Shown: in pieces, positions 43,501 through 52,986 of the stretch
Numbering within the stretch: position 1 is the stretch's first letter
How the letters are laid out: each line of letters starts with the position of its first letter
The notes under the pieces: generated by a model
The model's input: only the letters and a program-made list of their open reading frames with translations
Databases searched by the model: none
What the model was told of the DNA's origin: nothing
Made by a program: the position numbers and the translations under genes
Source of the DNA: Thermoanaerobaculia bacterium
Lineage (GTDB): Bacteria > Acidobacteriota > Thermoanaerobaculia > UBA5066
Assembly: GCA_038245905.1 (NCBI GenBank)
Contig: JBBRRY010000003.1
Coordinates: 64,001 to 128,000 of the forward strand
Length of the DNA: 64,000 nt
Direction of reading: 5' to 3'

Positions 43501-43559
43501 AGGACATCGGCTTCCAAAACCCGCGGGTCGTGCGTCTCGGCGCCCGCGTGTCTTTCTGA
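40533..43559 (+). CDS. TonB-dependent receptor (Oar-type)
   Basis: AGGAGG SD; signal peptide; LPGVSV, EAEFGR..GG.INVVTKSGGN, KDRLWFF, terminal RVSF. Confidence 0.92.
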   Translation: MRSFRCLLFVLFAVVSRCWGGEALAQTTGDLDGTVVDQSGAPLPGVSVELRSPQLQGSRTAVTDAAGRFRFPVLGPGVYSLSAQLSGFSRVERSNQRVALGATTTVPITMGISLKEEIVVTSEAPVVDTSKTTIGTSATLESIQRLPLGRNFASIASTVAGTGTDVSGNVTVYGATGLENAYIIDGVNTTGVKTGGQAKQLNNEFVQEVEVKTGGYEAEFGRVLGGTINVVTKSGGNEFKGDAFGYYDSGSLASSDARTAERVASNQGEYFSPKRVDFGVDLGGYFVKDRLWFFGAFDRVTQDQDYTRTLAVLRDANQTQVLTSNMDTYRNSLYSGKLTFRLGESNTIAASLFGDPGTFSGRYNLSQISVMVGADAAWLVDRNLGGTDLSTRWDGLFGTQFLGQAQLGFHTEKQQDTSPFSNLPYLEKQQAGFTTEALQGTGPIYLVDEKYQRYHYRLGGSLFTGAHEVKAGLDWEHLSSDFSESYGGTDRIRTRLTAGGALRNYQHRYYAQTPLSGANCLGKIDPTMPAAFPNCTGYTIAPTVDNRPITDNVGLFAQDTFKAAKNLTINAGIRYEQQRLQDYTGKTLVSIDGEWSPRLGIVWDFLGNGKSKAYANVGRFYEVIPQDIQTRALGNEYIIFARNNSATPDPVDLFFGAPIVQGGELTQSDLKGMYQDEAILGFEVEVAKNWAIGVKGIYRSLGRVVEDRCDLAINPDIASYFNPSSPATCALINPGQGNSLGTIKDPFDTTCYPNGETDAAGNLVAGSPCDSTQPRRYFRGLELTASHRFSDRFYLLASYLYSKLEGNYSGNLSQTREGGQSDPNINADFDYPGLVTNAFGRLRNDRTHQFKLSGYYAFPFGLTVGANGFYNTGRPYSIRGCASDSIACDAGYSQEGYLVPRGSAGDLPAAYEADLHLEWGLRFGNVSITPILDVFNALNRQGVLSREELFNNTAALPGNDPRSGIGQPGCTAQNASLSNAACASNPTYGKDIGFQNPRVVRLGARVSF

Positions 43560-43584
43560 GATCGCGCGAGACCTCCTGAATCAC

Positions 43585-43614
43585 GGGGCCGGCCGGGGGT
43601 CGGCCCCTTTTTTT
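43585..43614 (+). terminator. rho-independent terminator
   Basis: GGGGCCGGCC-GGG-GGTCGGCCCC followed by T7. Confidence 0.85.
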
Positions 43615-43624
43615 CTACGCGTCC

Positions 43625-46600
43625 TCACTTCGGAAGCGGGACGACGGCGAACCCCCCTTCGAGGTCCGCGACGAAGAGGCGCTTCTTCGGCAGCAGGGCG
43701 AGCCCCGAGGGCTTCTGGAACCGCTGCCCTTCCGGAAGGTCCTTCCCGCGCAGCGTCGTCACGAGGCGGCCTTCGGTCGTGTAGCCGCGCACTTCGCCCG
43801 CGAGCGGTACCGACGCCCAGAGGAGCCCGCCCGCATCCAGCGCGAGATAGGGTTCGGAGAACGTGGTGCGACTCCAGCCCGCGACGTCCCAGGCGCGCAC
43901 GAAGGTTCCGTTCCTGTCGAAGACGGCGATTCTTCCGTTTCCGTTGTCGGCCACGTAGACCTTGCCGTCTTTGGAAACGACGAGGCCCTGCGGGTCGGCG
44001 AGCTTCCCCGGAGCGGCCCCCTTGCCCCACTCGGCCTCCTGGTGGCCGGAGGCGTCGAAGCGCACGATCCGGCCGTTGCCCGTGTCCGCAACGAAGATCG
44101 ATCCGCTGGAATCCACCGCGATGCCACGCGGCCCGAAGAAGCCGCCGTCCCACTCGCGCTGCCAGGCGCCCTTCCCGTCGAAGACCTGCACGCGGCCGTT
44201 CCACGTGTCGGCCACGAAGACGAGGCCCGACGGAGCGACCGCGATCCCGCACGGGTCGTTGAACTGCCCGGGCCCGCTGCCGCGCGCTCCGAGCTGGAGA
44301 GCCGGAGATCCGTCCGCCGCGAAGAGCTGGATCCGCTGGTTTCCGAAGTCGGCGACCCAGACGCGGCCGGTGGCGTCCGAGGCCGCGCCCCGAGGCTGTC
44401 GGAGTCGGCCGGGGGCGTCGGCGGGCGGTTGCAGGGCGGCGTCCGCCTTCCGCGGCGAAGTGGGAAGCTCCTCCACGCGCACGGGAGCCGCAGCAACGCC
44501 AGGCGAAAAGACGCCCTTCACGGCGAAGAGGACGATCTCGGGATTGCGGTAGACGGGCGTCAGGAGATCCGTCCACTCTTCGAAGTGCGCGAGATTTCCG
44601 CCGGCGTACGTCTTACGCTCGAGATTCCCGACGGCGACGAGCGCGACGTGTGTGCGGAAAAGGATGCGCTTGACGACGGCTTCGTCGGCCGACGTGTAGG
44701 CCGTTACGATGTCCTCCTTGCGGCGGTCGATCTCCGCCTGCGTGTGGCCGCGCTGCGACACGTGGTAGTCCCACCCGAGCACGCTCGGGAGTCCCGTGAA
44801 GACCGAGAGACGCGTGAACTGCTGGTACGAGGGCCCGTGGGCTTCGAGGAGCACGGGCAGGCCCGTCACGTTCGCGTTGATCCACTCGACAGCGCCGCGA
44901 TCTCCGGGGTTCTGCTTCTCGAGGTAGGCGGTCCCGTCCAGTGTGAAGCGCGGCCAGCCGCCGCGATCAGTGCGCAGGAAACCCGTGAACGCCGTGACGA
45001 GCGTATAGAGCGCGGCGAGTCCCGTGACCGCGATGGCGACGCGCCACGCGATGCTTCGTGACCGGCGCAACGTCTCCCACGCGAGCGCTCCCGCCACGGA
45101 GAAGAGGAGCCACGTCTCGAGGTGAAACTTGAAGATCGTGTTCATGCGGTCCCAGACGTAGACGATCTCCGCGCCTGTCAGGATGGCGAAACCCAGGGCC
45201 ACGAGAGCGAGCGCGGGCCGCAGGCGCGCCTCCGTCGCTCCGCGGAGCGCCGCCCCGAGCGCGACGAGAAAGGCGATCGCCGTGAAGGTGCGGATCGAAG
45301 GAGCCTGCGCGAGCCGAAGCGGATGGAACGAGAGAGAGAGGAGAGAGACGGCAAGCCCGAGCGCCGCGAGAAAGAGAAACACGCGCGCAACGCGTCCGCG
45401 GGGCACGAGGCCGGTCTTCCACGCCGCGAACGCGAACGGGAGGAGAAGCGCGACGAAGAACGCCCACACATTGAAAAAGTCCCATGGCGCGGCCCACGGC
45501 CCGACCTCGCGCCCCCAGTTTCGCGGCGGAGGAGAGAAATGCGCCCAGAACGGCCTCTCCAGAAGAAACGCGATGAGGGCGACTCCCGCGGCCGGGAGGA
45601 GGACGTCTTTCGCGAGGCTCGCGGCGAGAGGGACCCCGCGCGCCCGGCCGCCGAGCCACACGACGCCGGGCAGAAAGAGGAGAAGACAGGCGTAGACGGG
45701 CGTCGACCAACCGCTCGTGATCGGAATCGCGGCGAGGAAAAGGCCGCCGAGTGCGATGAGGCTTGCCGCCTGGCGCGTCGAGGAGGGGCCCTCCTGATTC
45801 CTTGTCACGAAGAGGAGGAGAACCGCTATGAAGGCTGTCGTGAAGGGAAGGACGAAAACGTGCGCGTGGAGATCCGCGAAGAGAAACGTCCAGAACGGGT
45901 ATTCGCTGATGCCGTTCGGGGGGATGACCCGCGACGTTGCCCAGAAGTAGTGCCAGTCGAGGGGACGGCCGGCCTGGTGAAAGTGGAAATCGAAGGCAGT
46001 TCGGGGGCCGGATGGCGGCGCGAGGAAGGCGAGGACGAGCGCGACCCCGCCCGCCCGGAGACGGCCACCGATGGCCGAGCCAGCGGCGAGCATGGCCGAC
46101 GCGAAGAGCGCGGCCGTCATGGCGAGCGCGAGATTGAAGATGAGCCCCGGATGAATCCCGAGGAGCTTGGCCGCGGCGGCCGCGAGGAAGTGGCCGAAGT
46201 ACGTGTAGGAAAGGGTTGTGCCGGCGAGCCACGGCTCGGGCGGCGGCAAGGCGGTTGCTCGAAGGAGCGTGTTGAGGAAATCGAAGTCCATGGGCTTTTC
46301 ACCCGAGTGAATCTCGGGGTTGAGGGCGCGGACGGCCAGGAAGAAGAGGAACGTTCCCCAGAACACGAGCGCCGTCTTCCATCGCTCGGGTGCGGGCGTC
46401 GCCACGCCCGCGCGGCGCGCGCACAGGAAGCCGGCCGCGAGAAGCGCGGTCGTCGTGACGACGAGGAGGCTGCGGGTGAATGGCGCCCAGTGCCAGGAGA
46501 CGACGAGCCACGGCAGGAACGCGAAGAGGAGAACGCCGGTCACGCGCCCGAGCGCGTCACGGCCGGGCCGCGCGGGGAGGAGGACGGCGAGGATTCCAGC

Positions 46601-48463
46601 GCCCGCACGCCCCACGGCTTCCAGCCACGCGGCGAAGAGAAGCAGGGCCAGAAAGGACGACCTGAGAGCCGGAGCCCGGGCCGGCTCCGCGGGCTCGGCC
46701 CCCCCGGCCGCCGCGGGGGTCGGGCGCGCGAGAAGGAGGTCGTTCCGCGACAGGGTCTTCGACGGCGTCGCAGAAAGGAGGGCCTTCTCGAGCTCCTCGG
46801 CGTGGAGGCGCTTCGTGTTCTCGAAGAACAGGACCTTCGGGTGGTCGTAGACGGTGAACGACTCGTCGGCGAGCTCGTCGGGCACCTGAATTCCGAGGAG
46901 GGACGGGCGGGACGCGACTTCCCGGACGAGTGTGTATCCAAGATCGCCGGCGAAGAGGAGTCGGAATGCCCGGTTCGTGAATGGAAACTTCTCGGGGGCC
47001 CGCGTGACGGCGCCGTAGAGGCGCTTCGTCTGGAGGACGACCCAGTCCGAGTCGGCGAGGCCCCGTGCGAGCTTCGCCATCTTCTCCGGCGAGTCGGGCT
47101 CGTAAAAACCGAAGTTGACGATCCTGTAACGTTCTGCCGGGCGGCCGGGAAAACTGAACGGGAATCCCTCGTCCCAGTCCTGCTCGAGAACCCGCGCGCC
47201 TTCCGGAACGTGGTCGTGAAACCACAGCGAGGCCGTGACGGAGCTGTGCGGGCGCGTGTAGATGCCGGCGAACGCGAGGACCCACACGGCGGTGCCGCCC
47301 ACGACCACGGCACGGAGGACCCGGCCCGCGCGCCCGCGCTCGGCCCTCTCCGTGAGCCAGGCCGCCGCCCACAAGGCGAGAAGCGGGTAGACGGGCAGGA
47401 GGTACCGCGGGAACTTCACCTCGAACGTGCATGTCAGGAGGATGTAGGGCGCGAAAAACGAGACGAGCACCCACTCGACGTCCGTGAGCTTCCGGACGAA
47501 GGCGAGACGGCGGGCCGAGGCCCACAGCGCGACCACTCCGAGCAGCGGACCGAGACCCCAGAGCACGATCTCCCGGGCCTCGTACAGGAAGTTCGGGACG
47601 CCGACGTACTGGTTCGTGAACGGCAGGAGGCCCGCGTGCCGGACCATCGCACCCTGTTCCGAGAGGGACCGCCAGAACTCGTGGAAGTCCAGGAACGCGT
47701 AGGGTTCGCCGAGGAAGAACGCGACGAGGGCGGCGCCGCCGCCGGCCGCGAGAAGAAGCATCCCGCGGCCCCAGGCGCGCGATGGCCGGCAGGCGAAGAA
47801 GACCGCGACGGCGAGGGGAAGGACGAGAGGGGCCGCGCTCGCTTTCGTCGCGAGCGCGAAGCCCGTGAGCGCACCGGCGAGAAGGGCATCCCGGAGACGG
47901 CCTCGCCGCGCGAGACGACCCGAGGCGGCGAGCGCGAGGAGGACGAGAAGCGTGAGCGTCACGTCCGTGGCGGCGAAGTGCGAAGTCTGGACGTGGAGGA
48001 CCGCGAGGGCGAGGAAGAGCCCGGCGAGGAGGCCCGTCTTCGGACCGTAGAGGCGGCGGCCCACGGCTGCGAGGAGCGCGACGGTCAGCGCGCCCGCGAG
48101 AGCCGACAGAAAGCGGCCCACGTGGATGACGCCGTCGTAGGAGAAGAACCAGTCGCGGCCCGAGAGCGACCCCATGAGCGAGGAGAGGCCCCGGGTGAGG
48201 TAGAAAGGAAGGGAGCCGTAGGCGAAGAAGTGAGGGTTGAGCTGGAGAGGTCGGAACGACAGCTTGAGGATCGCGTCGCCGATCGCCCGCTCGTCTGGAT
48301 GGAAGAAATGATTCTGGTCGAAATCGAGGCCGATGACCCGAATGGCGAGAGCGAACAGGGCGAGAAGGAGCAGGAGTCCGCGAAACGCTCGCGACGAGGC
48401 AAGTCCCGCGGGTCGCGGCGGAGTTATTTCGCTTAAGATAGCGGGAGCAAGTGTACGACACAA
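43625..48463 (-). CDS. multidomain membrane protein: GT39/PMT-like + DUF2298 + NHL beta-propeller
   Basis: FHPDER, FFAYGSLP, KFPRYLLP, ADESFTVYDHPKV; then EKPMDF, FADLHAH, RMNTIFKF; then NHL repeats (VADFGNQRIQ, VADTWNGRVQ, VADTGNGRI); start uncertain (48427-48463). Confidence 0.85.
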   Translation of the reverse strand: MCRTLAPAILSEITPPRPAGLASSRAFRGLLLLLALFALAIRVIGLDFDQNHFFHPDERAIGDAILKLSFRPLQLNPHFFAYGSLPFYLTRGLSSLMGSLSGRDWFFSYDGVIHVGRFLSALAGALTVALLAAVGRRLYGPKTGLLAGLFLALAVLHVQTSHFAATDVTLTLLVLLALAASGRLARRGRLRDALLAGALTGFALATKASAAPLVLPLAVAVFFACRPSRAWGRGMLLLAAGGGAALVAFFLGEPYAFLDFHEFWRSLSEQGAMVRHAGLLPFTNQYVGVPNFLYEAREIVLWGLGPLLGVVALWASARRLAFVRKLTDVEWVLVSFFAPYILLTCTFEVKFPRYLLPVYPLLALWAAAWLTERAERGRAGRVLRAVVVGGTAVWVLAFAGIYTRPHSSVTASLWFHDHVPEGARVLEQDWDEGFPFSFPGRPAERYRIVNFGFYEPDSPEKMAKLARGLADSDWVVLQTKRLYGAVTRAPEKFPFTNRAFRLLFAGDLGYTLVREVASRPSLLGIQVPDELADESFTVYDHPKVLFFENTKRLHAEELEKALLSATPSKTLSRNDLLLARPTPAAAGGAEPAEPARAPALRSSFLALLLFAAWLEAVGRAGAGILAVLLPARPGRDALGRVTGVLLFAFLPWLVVSWHWAPFTRSLLVVTTTALLAAGFLCARRAGVATPAPERWKTALVFWGTFLFFLAVRALNPEIHSGEKPMDFDFLNTLLRATALPPPEPWLAGTTLSYTYFGHFLAAAAAKLLGIHPGLIFNLALAMTAALFASAMLAAGSAIGGRLRAGGVALVLAFLAPPSGPRTAFDFHFHQAGRPLDWHYFWATSRVIPPNGISEYPFWTFLFADLHAHVFVLPFTTAFIAVLLLFVTRNQEGPSSTRQAASLIALGGLFLAAIPITSGWSTPVYACLLLFLPGVVWLGGRARGVPLAASLAKDVLLPAAGVALIAFLLERPFWAHFSPPPRNWGREVGPWAAPWDFFNVWAFFVALLLPFAFAAWKTGLVPRGRVARVFLFLAALGLAVSLLSLSFHPLRLAQAPSIRTFTAIAFLVALGAALRGATEARLRPALALVALGFAILTGAEIVYVWDRMNTIFKFHLETWLLFSVAGALAWETLRRSRSIAWRVAIAVTGLAALYTLVTAFTGFLRTDRGGWPRFTLDGTAYLEKQNPGDRGAVEWINANVTGLPVLLEAHGPSYQQFTRLSVFTGLPSVLGWDYHVSQRGHTQAEIDRRKEDIVTAYTSADEAVVKRILFRTHVALVAVGNLERKTYAGGNLAHFEEWTDLLTPVYRNPEIVLFAVKGVFSPGVAAAPVRVEELPTSPRKADAALQPPADAPGRLRQPRGAASDATGRVWVADFGNQRIQLFAADGSPALQLGARGSGPGQFNDPCGIAVAPSGLVFVADTWNGRVQVFDGKGAWQREWDGGFFGPRGIAVDSSGSIFVADTGNGRIVRFDASGHQEAEWGKGAAPGKLADPQGLVVSKDGKVYVADNGNGRIAVFDRNGTFVRAWDVAGWSRTTFSEPYLALDAGGLLWASVPLAGEVRGYTTEGRLVTTLRGKDLPEGQRFQKPSGLALLPKKRLFVADLEGGFAVVPLPK

Positions 48464-49650
48464 ATCCAGGGTCGAGCCGGCGCAGGGTCGCCCTAAACCT
48501 CGCCCTTTTTTTCGGCTCGACACTCGTCGCCATCGCGCTCTGCGAGGTCGGCGCGCGCCTCCTCCTGCCGGCACCTCAGACCGTGAACGTCCACGAGAAG
48601 CAGGACACGTACGAGGCGCCGACCGGCTTCGAAAGGCTCGACACGAAGGCGGAGAAGTCGATCGACTCCGTCGTCCTTTTCGGCGGGCCTCATGGTGTGA
48701 GGCTGCGCCCGAACACGCGCGGCGAGATCCAAAAGCACGTCCTGAGCGGACGCGACGTCGTTATCGAGGTCAACTCCCTTGGTCTCCGGTACGCCGAGCT
48801 CGGCCCGAAGTCTGAAGACGAGTTTCGCGTGCTCGTGCTGGGGGACTCGATCACATTCGGCGACTTCGTCCTCGAAGGCGAGACGTGGACCCGGCAGATG
48901 GAAACCCTGACCGCAGGAAGGAAGAAGGCGGTCCGCTTCATCAACGCGGGCCTGCCGGGAGCCGGGACGGCGGAGGAGCTGGCGCTTTTCCGCGAGATCG
49001 GCGAGCGCGTGAAGCCCGACCTCGTTCTCGTCGGGATGTATCTCAACGACGCGCAGACGGGAAGCCTCTTCTTCTCGAAGAAGCTTCCGGGCTCATGGGC
49101 GAAGAGCCGCTTCTTGTCCTGGGTGGCCGACCGCTTCCAGCGCCTCGACATGCGCTTTTTCCGGAGCGCGCCTCCCGGAGAGATCGATCCGAGCTGGCGC
49201 GAGACGTTCCGCGCGGGGCGGCAGCTGAAGACGGCCGACATGCTCGGAACACGCGACGGATTCGACTTCGAGATCTACAACGCCTACATGGATTTCGGTC
49301 TCGGCTGGAATCGGAAAGCCTGGACGATCATCGAGACGATCACGTCCGCGTTGCGTGACGCGGCGAGCGCCGAGAGCGCGCGTCTCGCCGTCGTGCTCTT
49401 CCCCGTGCACATCCAGGTGCTGGGGACGGTCGAGAACTTCGAGCCGCAGGAGAGCTGCGAGAAGATGTGCGCGCGGCTTCACGTCCCGTTCGACAACCCC
49501 GTCCCCACCCTTCGGCGGACTTGGCAGTCGAACCACGAAAAGCTCTTCTACGATCACTGCCACTACACGCCGAAAGGGTACGCGGTTCTGGCGAGGCAGA
49601 CGGTGGAGTTTCTGGACTCCGAAAAACTGATTCCTCCGCCGGTTCGATAG
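48451..49650 (+). CDS. membrane-anchored SGNH/GDSL hydrolase-fold protein
   Basis: N-terminal TM; NSLGLR, LGDSITFG, INAGLPG, LND, DHCH. Confidence 0.8.
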   Translation: MYDTNPGSSRRRVALNLALFFGSTLVAIALCEVGARLLLPAPQTVNVHEKQDTYEAPTGFERLDTKAEKSIDSVVLFGGPHGVRLRPNTRGEIQKHVLSGRDVVIEVNSLGLRYAELGPKSEDEFRVLVLGDSITFGDFVLEGETWTRQMETLTAGRKKAVRFINAGLPGAGTAEELALFREIGERVKPDLVLVGMYLNDAQTGSLFFSKKLPGSWAKSRFLSWVADRFQRLDMRFFRSAPPGEIDPSWRETFRAGRQLKTADMLGTRDGFDFEIYNAYMDFGLGWNRKAWTIIETITSALRDAASAESARLAVVLFPVHIQVLGTVENFEPQESCEKMCARLHVPFDNPVPTLRRTWQSNHEKLFYDHCHYTPKGYAVLARQTVEFLDSEKLIPPPVR

Positions 49651-49653
49651 AGC

Positions 49654-52600
49654 ATGAATAGGGCAGGTGTTCGGGCCGGGAAAGGCGTGCGAGAGGCTCT
49701 TCGCGCTTCCCTCCCGCTTCTTTCGGCGGGGTCCTTATCTCTCGCAGCACTTCTCGGCGTGGTGTTTCACGGCCGAACCGAAGGCGCGCGGGGTGACCGG
49801 GTCCTGTCCGCGCTCGATCCTCTCGCGTTTGGCTTCCGGGCGTGGGCGGCCGTGGCTCTCACGTGGCTGTTCGAGCATCGCGCGGGGCTGGCGCTTTTCG
49901 CGACGCTCCTTCTCGTGGCGGCCGCGGCGGTCGCATGCGTGAGAGGGGGCCGGCGCGGCCTTCCGGCGGCACTCCTGTCCGCGGCGGCGGTCGCCGCCAC
50001 GTGGGCCGAAATCCTCCTTCTCGCGGACGCGCGTCCCGGCGGCGGGGCCCTCTTCGCGGCCGCCGTGCTCATGGCGGCGGCCGCTGCATGGATGCGGCCG
50101 CTCCCTCTTACGCCCGGGTTTCCCACGCTGACTCGGGAATCCGCTCCGGAGTCTTCCGCGAGCAGGTCGCTGCCGGGTTGGACCGAGTCCATGGGCCTTT
50201 GCGCACTCTTTTTCCTTGCCCTTGTCACGCGCGCCTGGGCCGTCAATCAGCTTCCGTCGAACTTCGACGAGGAGATGATCTCCGTGCAGACGGAGAGCCG
50301 GACGGCTTACGGCCTCCGGCAGTTCACCGCGACGGAGTTCGTCGGAACGAGCAACGGCCTCGCGACGCCCGTGACGAACCGGCTCGTGTTCTGGGCGCTC
50401 GGCGTTTCGCTCTATGCGTCGCGCGTGACGGCTCTCCTCTGGGGGCTTGCCGCGGTTCCCCTTTTCTGGGGCCTCGTCCGGCGCCTTTGCGGAGGCGGGC
50501 TCGCGACGTTTGGCGCGACTCTCCTTTTCGTCTGTGCTCCCGAGCAGCTTTTCTGGTCGAGGAGCGAGGTCTCGGTCTTCGCGCCCGTCGCGGCCCTCGG
50601 CCTTCTCTTCGCTCACGTGGGCCTGTCGATGGTCGCGCGCTTCGGAATCGCACCCGTCCTTCTCGCCGCCTGCATGACTCCTCTCTGCCGGTTCTTCTAT
50701 ACGGCCGGCCACGTGCTCTTCGTATACCCGGCTCTTCTCGCCGCGCACGCGGCTCTCTTCGCGAGGGGAGTCGCGCGCCGTGCGTTAACAGCTCTGCCGG
50801 TCCTCCTGATCGGGATCGCCGTCTGGGTAGCGAGCGTCTCGATCGCCGTCGCCGCTGCGGGCGGCGGAAGGCGCTTCGTCGATCCGGCACGGGTACGCGG
50901 TGAGTCTGCGTGGCGGGCGGGTTTTCCCTCCACTGCGTCCTCCCTGGAGGTCCTGCGCGGACAGGCGGCGCGCGTCGCCGGGAATCTCGCAAGCGTGGGT
51001 GCGAGCCTGACGTCCCGCCAGGCGTATGCGACGCATTGGTACGAGCGTTTCGTAGTCGTGCCCGCGCGTAACCCGATGGTGTGCGTGGGGCTGACGATCC
51101 TCGCGGCCGTCGGCCTCGGCTATCTCCTCGGCCAGATCGCGGAACGACGAGCCGTCCTCGTCCTCTTCTGGCTGGGCCTCGGCCTCCTGCCCGGAGTCCT
51201 TTCCGACGAGCCGGACGCGCGGCGGCTCTCGCTCATCTTTGTCCCGATTCTCCTCCTCGCCGCGCTCGTCGTGACGGCCTGGGTTCGCCTCGTGAGGGAG
51301 GCAGGCGGCCGCCTCGCGGGCAACCTCGCGAGGGCGGGCGCGGGCCTCGCGTTCGCGGGCGTTTCGACGTGCGGTCTTGCCTCGAATCTGTTGCTGCCGA
51401 TCGCGCCGATCGTGCGGGACGAACAGATCCGCTTCGCCCGCCCGCTCGTCGAGCGGAGCGACGTCCTCCTGCACAATCTCTTCTACCGGCACGGCAAGAC
51501 GCTCGAGTTCGGCGTCCTCGACCGGCTCCTCTCGCCGGCCGGGCCGTGCATGCAGTTCGTCGATCGGGGCGACGAGCTGCTCTCGCTCCTCCGGCCCTCG
51601 TGCGATTTCAGGGAGGAGGTCTACGGTCTGACGTTGGCACCGGCTGAGATCGAGGCCCGGCGCCGCGCTCTTCAAGCCCTTCCTTCGGCCCGCGTCTCGT
51701 ATCTCTTTCGCGATGGGTCCTCGAGCCGGCGGGCGGTGTCCGTTCTTCTCGCGTTCGATCCGGGCGCACGCGTGTTCGAACGCGACTGGCCTGCCATGGC
51801 GGAGAAGCTCCTGGCTTTCGAGGTGAATCCCGAGGCGCTCCGCGCCGCGACTTCGCCCGAGGCGTCGCCAGGCGGCGTGCGCGGCGGTTTCCTGGTGCCG
51901 AAGCCGGGATGGTACCGGCTCGTGCTCGACCCGCCCTGCCCGGGCGCCCGCATCACGGCGGGTGCCGCGCGGTGGAACGGAGAGGACGAACGGCCGCTCC
52001 TTCCGGGAATCTTCCCCTTCGAGACCTCGGGGCCCGCGGGCTGCGTCTCGCCGGCTCGGCCGCTGCTCGTGGCCTCGGGCGCCGCCGGGACCTTCGCGCC
52101 TGCCTTGACGGCGCCGGCGCTCGCCCTTCTTCCCGAGACGGTGGGCGTCGAGCCCGTCTCCTTCGCGGGCTGGCCCCGCGCGCGAGAGGTCCTGCGCACG
52201 ACCGATCGGATCTCGGATTTCGGCGTGGACCGCGAGGGACGCATTTACGCGCTATTCCTGCGCGACCAGGCGTGGGAGGTCCGCCGATACTCGCGGGGCG
52301 GGGTCGAGACGGAGCGGGTTCGCGCGGAGCTGCCGCTCGACGCGAGCACCGGGACCCTTCTCGTCGAGCCCGAGGGCGGATGCGTCGCCTTTTCGCTGCG
52401 GGCTTTCGAACGCTTCGACAGGAACCTCGTACGCCAGGCACGCTGGGAGCTGCCGGGCGGCCTCGTCGGCTCACACGCGGCACGTCTTCCGGGCGGGCAC
52501 CTCGCCGTCCTGACCGGGAGCTTCGTCCACATCCTCGGCGCGGACGGGCGGGTCGAGAGCGTCTGGGGATCGGAAGGGAAGATGCGCGGAGCGTTCGAGC

Positions 52601-52986
52601 TACCGATCGCCGTGGCCTACGAAGCGAACCGGCTCGCGGTGGTCGAGGAGTCGGGCCGCGTATACGTGTTCCGGCTCGACGAGAACCCGATCGCTCTTCG
52701 GCCCGAGAGCCGCTTCAAGCTCGCGTTCGCACGTGAGCCCCATCCCGAGTATCTCCGCGGCGCCGCATTCGACGGCGGGAGGCTTCTGGTTCCCTACAGC
52801 CCCGACGAGGCGCCGCTCATCGTCGATGTTCTTGGAACCCGCCTGATGCCGGGGCACTTTTCGAGCGATCTCCGGCGCAAGGATCTCGCCTCGCCCTATC
52901 GCTTTTCGCACGCGCCTGGCGAGCTCCTTGTTCTCGACGGGGCCGAGCCGGCGATCCACGCCTTGACGCCCGGAGAGTCCCCGTGA
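49654..52986 (+). CDS. GT-C (ArnT/PMT-like) glycosyltransferase with large C-terminal beta-propeller-like region
   Basis: PSNFDEE, many TMs; C-terminal DFGVDREGRIY and PIAVA..LAVVE propeller-like blades. Confidence 0.6.
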   Translation: MNRAGVRAGKGVREALRASLPLLSAGSLSLAALLGVVFHGRTEGARGDRVLSALDPLAFGFRAWAAVALTWLFEHRAGLALFATLLLVAAAAVACVRGGRRGLPAALLSAAAVAATWAEILLLADARPGGGALFAAAVLMAAAAAWMRPLPLTPGFPTLTRESAPESSASRSLPGWTESMGLCALFFLALVTRAWAVNQLPSNFDEEMISVQTESRTAYGLRQFTATEFVGTSNGLATPVTNRLVFWALGVSLYASRVTALLWGLAAVPLFWGLVRRLCGGGLATFGATLLFVCAPEQLFWSRSEVSVFAPVAALGLLFAHVGLSMVARFGIAPVLLAACMTPLCRFFYTAGHVLFVYPALLAAHAALFARGVARRALTALPVLLIGIAVWVASVSIAVAAAGGGRRFVDPARVRGESAWRAGFPSTASSLEVLRGQAARVAGNLASVGASLTSRQAYATHWYERFVVVPARNPMVCVGLTILAAVGLGYLLGQIAERRAVLVLFWLGLGLLPGVLSDEPDARRLSLIFVPILLLAALVVTAWVRLVREAGGRLAGNLARAGAGLAFAGVSTCGLASNLLLPIAPIVRDEQIRFARPLVERSDVLLHNLFYRHGKTLEFGVLDRLLSPAGPCMQFVDRGDELLSLLRPSCDFREEVYGLTLAPAEIEARRRALQALPSARVSYLFRDGSSSRRAVSVLLAFDPGARVFERDWPAMAEKLLAFEVNPEALRAATSPEASPGGVRGGFLVPKPGWYRLVLDPPCPGARITAGAARWNGEDERPLLPGIFPFETSGPAGCVSPARPLLVASGAAGTFAPALTAPALALLPETVGVEPVSFAGWPRAREVLRTTDRISDFGVDREGRIYALFLRDQAWEVRRYSRGGVETERVRAELPLDASTGTLLVEPEGGCVAFSLRAFERFDRNLVRQARWELPGGLVGSHAARLPGGHLAVLTGSFVHILGADGRVESVWGSEGKMRGAFELPIAVAYEANRLAVVEESGRVYVFRLDENPIALRPESRFKLAFAREPHPEYLRGAAFDGGRLLVPYSPDEAPLIVDVLGTRLMPGHFSSDLRRKDLASPYRFSHAPGELLVLDGAEPAIHALTPGESP

